NCBI GenBank assembly: GCA_950097015.1
Contig: CATNEN010000007.1
Location: forward strand, 3,472,001 to 3,536,000
Direction of reading: 5' to 3'
Length of the DNA: 64,000 bases
From: Macrostomum hystrix
Lineage: Eukaryota; Animalia; Platyhelminthes
Shown here piece after piece: positions 23,891-35,119 of this stretch; position 1 is the stretch's first letter; each line of letters opens with the position of its first letter. Position numbers and translations under genes: made by a program. The notes beneath the pieces were generated by a model. That model did not search any database. It saw nothing but the letters and a program-made list of their open reading frames with translations, and was not told the DNA's origin.

Positions 23891-26800
23891 TCAGAGTTGC
23901 AGCGTGACGCAGTGGAGAATCTCGGTGGAGAGTTTGGGAGGCCGCACAGTGGCCCAGGCTTTAGTCTCGGGGTCAAACACGGCGATGGAGTGAGGATGTC
24001 CCCTGTCGACGCAGTAGAGCCGGCGGTCGCAGACGGTGGCGCAGAGCAGCGGCTGGGTCGGTTCCGGATGCAGAGCGGGCAGCGGGCGAACCGACTTTCT
24101 CATTGGCTCCAGGCACCAGAATTTGCCATTCTGACCAGACAGGATCAGCACCAGGTTGTCAATCACTGCCAGTAGGGCGCAGCGCAGTTTCTCTGGCAGC
24201 ACGTAGTACTCGCCCGTGTACTCAACTCCGCGATCGTTCACCAGGTGCTGATCCAGGGTGTTCATTATCAGAGTGTTGCCGTTCATCACTTTGACGCCGC
24301 CTACTTCGATCAGGCAGGAGGATGACAGGGCGGTGGCAGAGGCCTCCTTGCGGCAGGCGTGCTCCGGCAATTGACCAGCCGGCTCCCAGCTCGACTGGCC
24401 TGGTGAAAATGGGCACGGGGTATGGCGTGAGATTCTGGACAGGTGGGAGGGTGAGGCGTGAGATTCTGGACAGGTGGGAGGGTGAGGCGTGAGATTCTGG
24501 ACAGGTTGGAGGGTGAGGCGTGAGATTCTGGACAGGTGGGAGGGTGAGGCGTGAGATTCTGGACAGGTGGGAGGGTGAGGCCTGAGATTCTGGACAGGTT
24601 GGAGGGTGAGGCGTGAGATTCTGGACAGGTGGGAGGGTGAGGCGTGAGATTCTGGACAGGTTGGAGGGTGAGGCGTGAGATTCTGGACAGGTTGGAGGGT
24701 GAGGCGTGAGATTCTGGACAGGTTGGAGGGTGAGGCGTGAGATTCTGAACATGTGGGAGAAGAGAGACAGAGAGAAGCACAAAGAGCCAAAGGAGGCCGA
24801 AATTCTCAACGAGCTTTAATCTTATCCTCTGAACCATTACAACGGGATTACAGAAGCAATTTTCTAGTAGTTCATTTCCCCCTTTTTGCTGCGATTAAAA
24901 AAATTATAGTACATCGATTTTCATACGAGAAGCATAGAGCCTGCATGCTTCTGACAGAAATTTGATGCTTCAGAAAGGAAAATTAATTAATATCTGTGTA
25001 TCAGTTCTATTTGGCTGTCAGTCTGTCAGTTCAGGTTGGCAGTCAGTCTGACTGTTCAGGTTGGCAGTCAGTCTGACTGTTCAGAGTGGCAGTCAGTGTG
25101 ACTCACCATCTGGCCGGATCCGCAGCACCTCGGCTCCGGTGCACAGTCGGCCATCGGCGCCCAGGCCGCCAAGCACCAGCAGGCTGCCCCGCACGCTGAC
25201 GCAGGTGTGCCGACTCCGGGCTGCCAGCAGCGGCGGCTCCTCCGTCCAGGCGTTGGTCAGCGGACTGTAGCGAACAACCTCCGGCAATGCGCGGCCCTGA
25301 GAGTCCACGCCGCCAGTCAGCCAGATCTCGTTGTCAAGGACGCAGGCGGCGGATTCGCGAGCCGATGGTCGAAAGCCGCCAACTGGGAAGGCCACGCGGC
25401 ACCACTTGTCCTTAGCGGGATTGTAGGACTCCAGGTGGTCGTGCGACAGCACCACAAGCTGCTCTCGCTGAAGTGTCGAAGGCCGTGGAGTGGCGTCGAC
25501 AGCGGCAGCGGCAGTCGTGGCAGTCGGCGATTCGTCCAGGGTGAGGTGGCCAGTGAGTTTGCTGAGTAGTTCACCGCTGCAGTCTTTCAACATCGGCGAA
25601 GGAAGCAGCTCGGTCTGGAACGATAGGGGGTTTAATAATTAATAATAGGATTAATTGATTACACCTGCCCCAATTGGGTCACATGTGCAGCCGACAGCAC
25701 AGCCGCAGCTATTGCGCGGCGTCATCTAAAGGCTGCATGCGGCTGTTCAGTCCATGGACTGGGGGGACGCCACACCCACCCTCAATTACCCCACTTAATG
25801 CTGGTACAAATTTAACTGCTGGTGAACTGAAGCGATGCAGAGTGTCTTGCTGAAAGACACAGATTGTTCTAGTATAGTCGGGACTCGAACCCTCGACCTT
25901 TAAGTCGTGAGTCCGACGCTCTAACCACAAAGCTACAACCAATGGGAGGAAGACTGAATTTCTCATCGTCAGGCAGTGTACACTTTTACTGTCTTGAAGA
26001 TTGGCCCTGAAGGGCGTCAACTGCACGACAAGCCCCTAAGCCTTCTCTCCGCGGCTGCGCCCCAAGTGAATGTGGCCTCCGAGCGGAAACGAGCTCAGGG
26101 ACCATTGGCGGGAGAGGCAAACGCCACTGAACCTCCCTGACACATCAATTGAGATTCCCTTTAAATTCAGAACGGGATTTGTCTGAAAGAAAAATCAAAA
26201 CTAAAAATAAAAAAACGACTCACCTGAAGAAACTCGCGACTCAGACAGCCGAGCCGGCAGCCCAGCAACAATGGTCCCAGGTGCTGCGCCCGGTCATCTG
26301 GCCTGAAGGCCACCCAGTGCAGCACGGCCCGAGCCACCTCGTCCTCGGATCGCACAAACAGATCGTCGGACTGCAGGCAGCCAGCCAGCTGCTCCAGCGT
26401 CATCTCGGACAGCTCATCTGACTCGGCGAGGCCAGCGAAGTTCTCCAGCAGCCTCTGTCGGGCCTCCTCGCGCAGTTGACCGAAATCGTAGGCAGCCGCA
26501 AACTGCTCCATGGCAACCGCGTTGGTTGAGTCCAGGTGATGCAGCAGAAAGCTGACGCATTGTTGCAGAATCAGCGGGAAGTGCAATAGTTTGCAGCCGA
26601 CTGTGAGATCCTGCACATTGTCGGTAGTGATCTCAATCTTGCTAGTGTACACGTATTCAACAATGAGGCGCAGGGTTTCGCCAGACACTGTGGTGACCCG
26701 GACGGTGGCGGCGGCGCCTTCCTTGAACTGGCTGGAGAACATGGCGCGAAAATAGGGCGACGCAGCTGCTAGGAGGGCCCTGTGGGCGTGCAGGGTGCAC

Positions 26801-27051
26801 GTGTCGGCCTCCAGGGCGACGTCTGTGAAGGCGGCCTCGCGTCGCAGAGCATTCAACGAAGCCAGCAGCTCCGGAGGATGATTGCTGACCTCCAACTGCA
26901 GGGAGACGGTGACAGGCGTGTCGCTGTTGCGCCGGCGAGGCAGTTCGGGGAGTTCCAGACTGCAGGCGGTGGCGGCTGAAGATCCGGCCGCTCCAGCTGC
27001 AGCCGCCGCCACCTGCTTGGCGTCCTGCGGCAGTGGTGGAGGCTTTGGTGA
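23891..27051 (-). CDS. Kelch-like (KLHL family) BTB-BACK-Kelch protein; exons complement(26224..27051, 25107..25614, 23891..24399); 5' end unresolved
   Basis: BTB motif FTDVALEADTCTLHAHRALLAAASPYFRAMFS; BACK domain; kelch motifs ESYNPAKDKW, IWLTGG, VRYSPLTNAW, LLVLGG. GT-AG introns with matching phases 0 and 1 give 615 codons including the stop. No in-frame ATG precedes the BTB domain in this exon. Confidence 0.9.
24425..24750. repeat. 31-bp intronic minisatellite (GCGTGAGATTCTGGACAGGT[G/T]GGAGGGTGAG)n
   Basis: About 10.5 copies inside the last kelch intron. Confidence 0.95.
25630..25945 (-). mobile_element. tRNA-derived SINE family B with CORE-like central segment
   Basis: Minus strand reads TAGCTTTGTGGTTAGAGC (A-box-like), GGTTCGAGTCC (B box), then TGTGTCTTTCAGCAAGACACT...CTTCAGTTCACCAGCAGTTAAATTTGTACC (resembles CORE-type SINE domains from memory), and an ATT-rich tail. 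Located in a kelch intron. Confidence 0.6.
25953..26143 (-). mobile_element. SINE family A, diverged 5' half (3'-truncated)
   Basis: Reverse complement aligns with 55704-55890, including CGTTTGCCTCTC, GGCCACATT, GGGGCGCAGCCGCGGAGAGAAGGCTT and GTGTACACTGCCTGACGATGAGAAA. Confidence 0.8.
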
Positions 27052-29442
27052 CTGAAGTGTTTAAACATAAAGTAATTTACTCACTAATAATTTAGACCTA
27101 CTGACAATTTACGCAACAGACCTACACATAAAACAGTAAAGCAAAATAGCAAAGTAAGCAGTAGCATTTTTGTTTTTTGAAAAACACATTTAAATTAATT
27201 AAAGATATTATAAAATATACATTTTTCAAATAAATAAGTTTTATATATCTGTGTCTAACATTTTGGTCTTTGAAAATTTATATTTAAATAAATGGTATTT
27301 AACTTGTCATTTGAGTCACAATTAATGGTTTGTCTCAGTGGCTGCAAAGTCTTACAAAAAAAGTTAAAAAACTCTAAGATATAAGTGCTTTTAAAAGCTT
27401 TTTTGCATTTTCTTTCTCAATGATTTATATTTAGATGTTTAATATTAAAGGAATATTTATTATTTATTCTCAGATATAAAATGCATGAAACTGAAACAAC
27501 AAGCATGCCTTTGGAGTATAAAACTTTGTAGTCAGCATTTGTAGTATAAAACAAATGAGTAAATGTGACTTAATTTCTAGGACAGCCAAAGTTTCGTTTT
27601 TAGCAATTCACTTAAAATTAAAATTATTTTATAACACTTTATTGTATCTAACCACTATTGAGCATTGCAAAATTTAGTAGTTATTTAATTTTCTTATAGT
27701 ACATTAGTTACTGAAACTTATTTCGTTTAAATAACAGGCGAAGAACCAAAAGTACAATAACTAGCTCTTAGACCCAGTTTTCTGGGTCTTTTTACAAGCT
27801 GGGTTTCTGTTTATTATCATTTACTAATAAAATTAAAATTCTAAATCATAAATTAAAAACACATTCAAGCTTAAATAACTATAAAATCTAATAAATGTTT
27901 GCAAAAATAGCTAAAACTGTTATTAGCCGTCAAAAATAAAATTACAAATCAATACATGTTAATAACAACATTTGTAAATTGTGTTTTTGCAATGGGCAGC
28001 TAAACCTATGAGTTTAGCAATTACCAAGCAGTTGTTTCTCTTAAATTAAACTTTTCTTACTTCCAGCTTTGCAAAGCCATTGGAAAAGTAAATCGAAACA
28101 AGAAAAATATTTTATTAAGTTTGCCTTCAACACCTGATCAATTATTTATTGTCACACAATAAATTACCAATAACGTTGAATAAAAAAAAACCAAAATTGA
28201 ACTTTCACTTTGCGTAATTTTCGAGCAACAAAGAAAATGCATTATTCATTTTGTGCTGGTAGACAATAAATACTTAAAATCTTTTATCTTGGTAAATCTG
28301 AGACCAATATTGCTCTTATATTTATTTTTTTAAGCCGGATTTGATAAACCTAGTCACTTTCCAGTGTAATACACGACTTTGAAAAAGCGACAACCAAACG
28401 AGAAGCAGTGACCAAAGAAGCGTTTTTGTGCCTCTTTTGTTAGCAACTGATTGCTTTAGCTCATCAAAATTTAAAGTTTTATTTTCACTTCACGCAACAC
28501 AATTTTGCTTTTGCAGCAAAAGCAAAATACTGCCATTAATAAAACATACTAATAATGTTTCAAATCAAGAGTTTTATAAAAGTAAATTATTCACAGAGTT
28601 AGATTAAACGACGAGTTAATTTTTTTGAACACTGATTTTCAATTGAACTAACGGTGAGCGTCATCGATGGGAAATGTTTTCGATCGAGGTTGTGAAGCCT
28701 ATTGATCAGCTCGTGCCTGCACTGCATCCTACGACTTAATTGTGCTGACAAAAACAACAACAGCAAGTGAATCATCGTGTATGCTGTCAATGTAACAGTG
28801 CAGCGTTGCATGGGTGCGCTACAGAGCCTGGGTGCGAACGAAGGCCGCACCCCCAGCAGAGTCCGGGGCGCCAGCGTCAGCTAGCAGGCAGTTCGGGTCT
28901 GGCCGCAGACCCGGAGAGAAGGCTTGGGGGCTTATGCAAGCCATGCGAGGAATGGCATACCAATTGCAAATATAAATGTCAAGTCCTTTTAGACTCTTTA
29001 TGGTTATAAAGTTATCACTATTGGATCATCAGTGACTCAAACTGGTCTAATATTCTGATGGCTGGTCAGAACCAATATTCATGTATGTAGTTAGCAAAGC
29101 AAACTGTGTACTAATACCAGAGTAGTTTTTCATTGAGAGCGATCCAATTCAGAGAGTATTCTCATCTGCAATGACTTCCCGCTCCGGTAGCTGCAACACA
29201 ATTCTGCAATTCTATAAGTGTGCACTTTTGCAAATTGCTGGTTAAACACTAAGCTACAGAAATACTGACCATTTTCCATCGAGAAAATTATTCTAGAATA
29301 AACTGCCCAGTTTGGAACCAATGCCGAGAGAGATTGTGACTGGGCATAAATAATCACTGCAGGTGGATGTCCAGTTCTATAAAGTGAAGGGAGTATGGGA
29401 CGCTGAGAGATTGCCATTTGCGATGCACTTTGAATACGCGTC

Positions 29443-32400
29443 ATGGCTGGTCAATATCTTTTATTGTTATTAATTAGCATTTTCGGCGTCCTTGGCAACT
29501 GTCTGGTCCTGAAGATCGCCGTGGTAACTCAACCTGAGCAGCTGGACAGCTCACTGATAAATTTTGCAATTCAACGACGAGTCAACGATAATTGGCGAAT
29601 CTTGTCTGGCCACACCATGACTGCCAGTATTATCATCTCAGCAGATGGAGTTGAGATCGTGAGGATTTGTGAGTCAATTTAAAGCAATTTTTTATTTATA
29701 ACACATCGAGCACCAAATACCGCAGACGCGAAATACACCGCAGCTGTTTGAAGCTGATCCAGTACAAATCATTCGGACATTCAGTACACATGATCCAGAC
29801 ATTCAATACACATGATCTAAACACCCAAACCACGCCTCAGTGTGCAATGAGCCGGGTCTGTCTGCCATCATCGCAGCGGGCGACTGCCGCCTGCTCAGGC
29901 AGCTGACATCCCTGGCCGAGTCGCTGCAGCTGCCCCTGCTGGCCCTGCCAACTCAGCTGGGCTGCGACTGGACAGGTGAGAGCCGGTCAGTGGACAACTT
30001 TGCACACGGTACAACCGTCCAAAACTGGCTAGGAAATCAGAAACCCTTTACGGGATTTTCCGAGGCGTATTATTGCGTCTCGTGTTGCTCGTTGTTGCTG
30101 TTTTCTTACCCGTCCAATTAACAGGTGGAAACTTCACGATTTTCGGCACCCACTCCAGCGAAGACTTTGTCAGGGGAGCCCTGGCCGCCCTGCTGTCCAT
30201 CAGCCAGGCTGCTGACAGCTCAGCGGCGATCCTGTACGACAGGGAGCAGAGTTGAGTAGCTGAGATTTCATTTCTAATTAATATGAACTTGAGCAGGTGT
30301 TCTCATGAATCAGTGATCCCCAATGACCAAGCCAGGCCAGCCGCTGCTGCAGCGCCTGCAGTCCGGCCTGTCACAGTCGGGCATCGGCAGCTTCGCCCTG
30401 CAGGTGGACCCGACCTCGAATGGCGCCGTGGCCCCGGACTTGCACCTGCGTCTGCGCAGCCTCATCAGGAGGCGAGTCCGTTGTCTGTTGCTATTGGCAA
30501 CGCCTGGCAACGCAATCGAAGTGCTGCGACAGGCGGCCAGGGCGGCGGTGCTGGGCCAGAACTACTTCTGGCTGGTGCTGGACGGCGGCGGCCTCGCGAC
30601 CGGCCCTCTGGCCAGCGCTCTGGCAGCCACCGTGGCCAACGTGGCTCTGCTCCGAGGCGCTGCTGCAGCCGACTGTCTCGCAGCCTGCGAGGATCTGTTC
30701 CCGGCTGAAGAGGACCTGCGGGTGAGTGCCGGGTGTCTGTGGACTTATTCCCTTGACCATGACGATCCATAATTCAGAATAGGGATAGGGATATGGACAC
30801 CTGAGAGCTTTTGAGCAATGTTCTATTGGAACTTCTTAATCCACATTTGCTTTAATTGGCAACAAAGACCCAGCAGCTGGGAGGGAACAAAACTGTTTGC
30901 TGAAGTGTGAAACTTTTAATTGGTTTCAGCTTGTAATTATGCTTTGCTAAGGGTGAGTGGCAGAGAGGTCTAACGCGTTTGCCTCTCGCGCCAAAGTCCC
31001 CTAAGCTCGATTCCGCGGCTAGGCCACATTTATTTGGGGCGCAGCTGCGAAGAAAAGGCTTGGGGGTCTGTCGCGCAATTAGAGGGCCAACTTCCAAGGC
31101 CAAGTTAAAGATGTACACACCTGTGTGAGCGTGTGCCTTAGGAACGGTATTTGTGTGCGTGCTTGCTCGAGAGTCAGCGAAATGGTCAGAATTGTCAACT
31201 CGCAGGCTGTGGGTCTAGTGTCACCAAATGATGTACCATGTATGCTTTGCTGTACCCGACCGCACTATAGGGTCGAAGAAGGGCATTGGAGACAAGTTAG
31301 CAACTTGTATTATAGGGTAACAATCGACGTTTGTTGGATAATCTACATTTAATCTATATTGTCGATTAATCTGTGCTTAATCTACTTAGAAACAATCCAG
31401 AGTATTCCAGTAGGTGTAGCCCCAATAGCGCGTCATCTCAACTGGCAATCTCGCAGACTTTGGACGTTCGTTTTGTTGATGCCGTGGAGGCGTTGGCCGT
31501 GGTGCTGAACGACTCGCTGCCAAGGGCTGGATTCTATGGCCCAAATGCCACGTGCGCCCCAGCGAGACCATGGAGCTTTGGCGGCCAACTGATGGCCAAG
31601 TTGATGGCTGTGAGTGGATTGGAGCATCAGGAAAATGACAGGGCTGGTGTTGTTCGTTGGTTTCCGATTAGTTGCTTTGATCAGGAAGAAAAGGAATTTT
31701 CTTAAAAAACTTTCGCAGCTGAAGATCCTGGACACCCAGAGAGGCCGGTTGTCCTTCAACGCATCGACTCGGCACTTTGACGCGCGCGGCTTGGAGCTGC
31801 TGGCCTCCTACAACCAGCTGAAGTCGTCGCCAGTGCAGTTTCTGCGCTCCGCTAGCTTCGACCCAGTCAGCGGTGTTCTGAGGCCGCTGTTCAGCTACAA
31901 GTCGACCATGCTCACCTTTCCAAATACCTTTGTGGGCTTCAAGAATGAAACACTGCTCATTTGCGCACCTGAGGTAGGATCTGGGGACTTGCAGACCTCG
32001 GGACTTGCAGACCTCGGGACTTGCAGACCTCGGGACTTGCAGACCTCGGGACTTGCAGACCTCGGGACTTGCAGACCTCGGGACTTGCAGACCTCGGGAC
32101 TTGCAGACCTCGGGACTTGCAGACCTCGGGACTTGCAGACCTCGGGACTTGCAGACCTCGGGACTTGCAGACCTCGGGACTTGCAGACCTCGGGACTTGC
32201 AGACCTCGGGACTTGCAGACCTCGGGACTTGCAGACCTCGGGACTTGCAGACCTCGGGACTTGCAGACCTCGGGACTTGCAGACCTCGGGACTTGCAGAC
32301 CTCGGGACTTGCAGACCTCGGGACTTGCACACCTCGGGATGTCCATTCATATTTTGCTTCATCTGCTTTCAGCAAGCCCCAGTGACTACTTACCTATCAC

Positions 32401-35076
32401 AGTCGGAAAACAACACGGTGCAGATTAAAGGACTCACATTTGACATCTTGAAGCTTCTAGCGGAGTGGATGGACTTTCGGTCTGTCATGTCTGGAAAAAG
32501 GAACTACTTATAAAAATTTACTTGAAGTAGTGAGTAATGCAAATCGTTTGAAAATCTTTTGATATTTTAGTTTCATCACTAAGCCGCCAAACGATGGAAA
32601 ATTCGGGGCTCCCCGGCCCAACTCCAGCGTCTATTCCGGCTGCGTGGGAGAGCTGCAGCTCGGGGTGAGCATACTCAAGTAACCCACGACAAAGAAATTC
32701 GAACCTCTGACCACTAGACTAACAGCTTCCTAAACAGATTTGAACGTTTTAACTTTTAACTTTATAATCTAGAATCAGTTCATAGGTAGGGGTCGGTGGC
32801 AGAGCGGTTATCGCGTTTGCCTCTCGCACCACGGTCCCTAAGTTCGATTCCACGGCGAAGCCACATTTATTTGGGGTGCAGCCGCGGAGAGAAGGCTTGG
32901 GGGCATGTCGTGCAATTTACGCCCTTGTGGGCCAACCTCCAAGGCACAGTTAAATGTACACTGCCTGACGATGAGAAAGTCAGGGCAGATGTACACACCT
33001 GTGTGAGCGTGTGCCTGCGTACAGTATCTGTGTGCGTGTGTGCTCAGGAGTCAGCGAAATGGGCAGAATTGCCTCCTCGCTGGCTGCGGGTCTAGTGTCA
33101 CTAAATTATGTGCCACTGCCCGCAGCCCTCCTGCAATTATTATTATTATTAGGCCTTCTGTGGTGCCTTCTGCTGTAAAGACTCAAAGTTAGTCCTTGAA
33201 ATCCTTGAAAACATTCAGACCGTAGCGCTGGCAGCCGGGCCATTCACCAAGACAAGCACTCGCGACCGAGTAATCGACTATTCCGTGGCCCTCTTCGAGG
33301 AGTCCACCTGCGTCCTGCTGCCGAGGCCGCCGACAGTGGCTCATTTAGGCAGCATCTTCGAGTCGTTCCACCTGCACGTCTGGCTAGCGATCGTGGCCTT
33401 CATTGTCCTGGGCGCCACATCCACCTGGTGCCTGGCACACTTCTCACCCTTCTCAGCCTATAATCTCGGCCTCAATTACTCCATTGCCGACGAGGTGTGG
33501 CTGCAGGAATACCTGTGGAGCATCATCGGCAGCTACATGCAGCAGGGCCAGGAGTTCTTTCCGTTCGCAATGTCGGCGCGAACAGTTATGGCCTTCTGGT
33601 GGATGTTCACAGTCATTGTCTACAGCGCCTATACTGGTGAGTTCCGCACCGGGCTGTGTGAGTTCAATGCACGTCTGATACGTTTATCAGACCTGCATCT
33701 ACTGGACATTAGACCCAGATCGAATGTTCATTTTGGAGTGCATGCTCTGGTAATTCTCTCTCCCATATCTCTCCTCTCCTCTTTTCCAGCTCTCATCTCT
33801 CCTCTGACTTATCTCCAATGTCTCATCTCCCCTGTCTCATCTCTTTTGTCTCATGTCTCCTCTGTCTCATCTCTCCTGTCTCATGTCTCCTCTGTCTCAT
33901 CTCTCCTGTCTCATGTCTCCTCTGTCTCATCTCTCCCCTCTGTCTCATCTCTACCATATATGATCTGTCCCCTGTCTCATCTCTTCTGTCTCATATCCTC
34001 TGTCTCATCTCTCTTCTCTCTTCTATCCTGTCTCATCTCTCTCCTCTTTCTTATCTCTCCTTTCTCATGGATAGGATATATTATGGTTTGTGGATAATTC
34101 CGTTTTATATTTTAGGACGATTGAATATCGAATTTGTCTAATTTTCTCCCTCAGCTAACCTGACAGCCCACCTGACCGTAAGCGGCGAGAATCTTCCCAT
34201 CCGATCGCTGGAGGACCTGCTATCCCAGACTGCCATACTGCCGAATGTGGTTCGGGAGTCAAATCTGTACGTCATGTTTAAACAGGCGGAGACTGGCCCC
34301 TACAAACAGCTGGCGAATGTCATGATTCCCGTGTCACGGGACCACTGCCTGGATGGGGTGAGCTAGTTGTGAGCTGAATTGTCCGCGGACAGAATTTCCA
34401 GCCCCAGAAAGCACCGAATTATTTCAGGTGGCCGAAGGCAAACGCGCCTGCATAAACGATTACAGTTTCCTACTGCCGATAGCCAACCAGAATTGCAACC
34501 AATTCTACATAGCCAAGGAGAGATTCAATACGGCCACAGTGGCATTCATGTATCCTGAGGACTCGGAGTATGCCCAGCTTATGGACTTCTAGTGAGGAAT
34601 CTAGACTACAATTTTTCTCGAATTTTTTATGTGCTCAAAATGTAACTTTCCTGAAATTCCCATTTTTCTGAAATGTCACTTTTTCGCAGTTCCACGAATG
34701 GAAAGTTAAAATTAACTGAAGATTAATTTTTGGGAATGTCAAATTTTGGGATGGAGCAAATTCGGCAAAAAATGGAAATTTACTGTACATATCAACTAAA
34801 AGTACATTCCCCCTAATCGCTTACAGTTTGAATAAGTTACACGAAACAGGCGTTATGCAGCAACTTTTCCGGGCCTACATGCAATCCGACAATTTCGCGT
34901 CCACCTGCGCCAAAGGCGGCAGTTCAACTGGTGCAAGTTCGATTGGCATGGACAATGTGGCGGGCGGACTGATTGTCACCGGCTGCCTGTACGCCACTGG
35001 GCTGAGTATTCTGCTGCTTGAGTTCGCCTGGACTAAAATGGCGAAGAAGCAGCCTACTGATTGCCTCGTCTACTGA
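29443..35076 (+). CDS. Divergent ionotropic glutamate receptor-like gene (iGluR/IR), about 838 aa, 12 exons: 29443-29668, 29841-29975, 30125-30250, ~30336-30721, 31457-31609, 31719-31973, 32373-32479, 32571-32664, 33219-33636, 34155-34357, 34428-34591, 34827-35076
   Basis: Signal peptide; ATD-like RVRCLLLL...EVLRQAA..VLGQNYFWLV; S1 motifs DGKFG..SGCVGEL and GPFTKTSTRDRVIDYS; M1; pore SIIGSYMQQG; M3 YSAYTANLTAHL; S2; M4 DNVAGGLIV. Intron phases are consistent except for the uncertain exon 3/4 junction. Confidence 0.88.
30951..31238 (+). mobile_element. SINE family A copy with internal deletion (iGluR intron 4)
   Basis: Aligns with the copies at 32785 and 55704 but lacks the hairpin between the two TGTACA motifs; 3' end diverged. 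Confidence 0.8.
31985..32338. repeat. 16-bp intronic minisatellite (GGGACTTGCAGACCTC)n
   Basis: About 22 near-perfect copies starting about 10 nt after the exon 6 donor. Confidence 0.96.
32785..33150 (+). mobile_element. SINE family A, full-length copy (iGluR intron 8)
   Basis: A box TGGCAGAGCGG, B box GTTCGATTC, shared body, 3' hairpin GGCTGCGGG/CCCGCAGCC, and (ATT)n tail. Confidence 0.88.
33750..34060. repeat. Degenerate CT-rich repeat (TGTCTCATCTCTCC-like) in iGluR intron 9
   Basis: Low-complexity pyrimidine tract with a similar motif to 45195-45542. Confidence 0.8.
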
Positions 35077-35119
35077 TTTTATCTACCTTTTTTCCTATTG
35101 AATGACAGGCACAACTTAT

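Noticed and set aside
25870-25945. tRNA gene on the minus strand
   Set aside because: A/B boxes are present, but the anticodon and acceptor stems do not pair and the sequence continues into a SINE body.
32960-33062. Hammerhead ribozyme core (CTGACGA...GAAA) in SINE A
   Set aside because: No G-C closed stem II and no stem III/UH cleavage triplet; CTGAC pairs locally with GTCAG instead.
33060-33130. HDV-like ribozyme in the SINE A tail (GCCTCCTCGCTGGC equals the HDV P3/L3 sequence)
   Set aside because: The P1 partner (GCCCGCA) lies downstream, not upstream; no GG for P1.1 follows; P2 is weak. A simple hairpin explains the pairing, and the diverged copy does not keep the motif.
33598-34175. 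Lurcher-type constitutive-opening substitution in the iGluR gate
   Set aside because: The Thr is at position 7 of the SYTANLAAF motif; the lurcher position (8) is still Ala.
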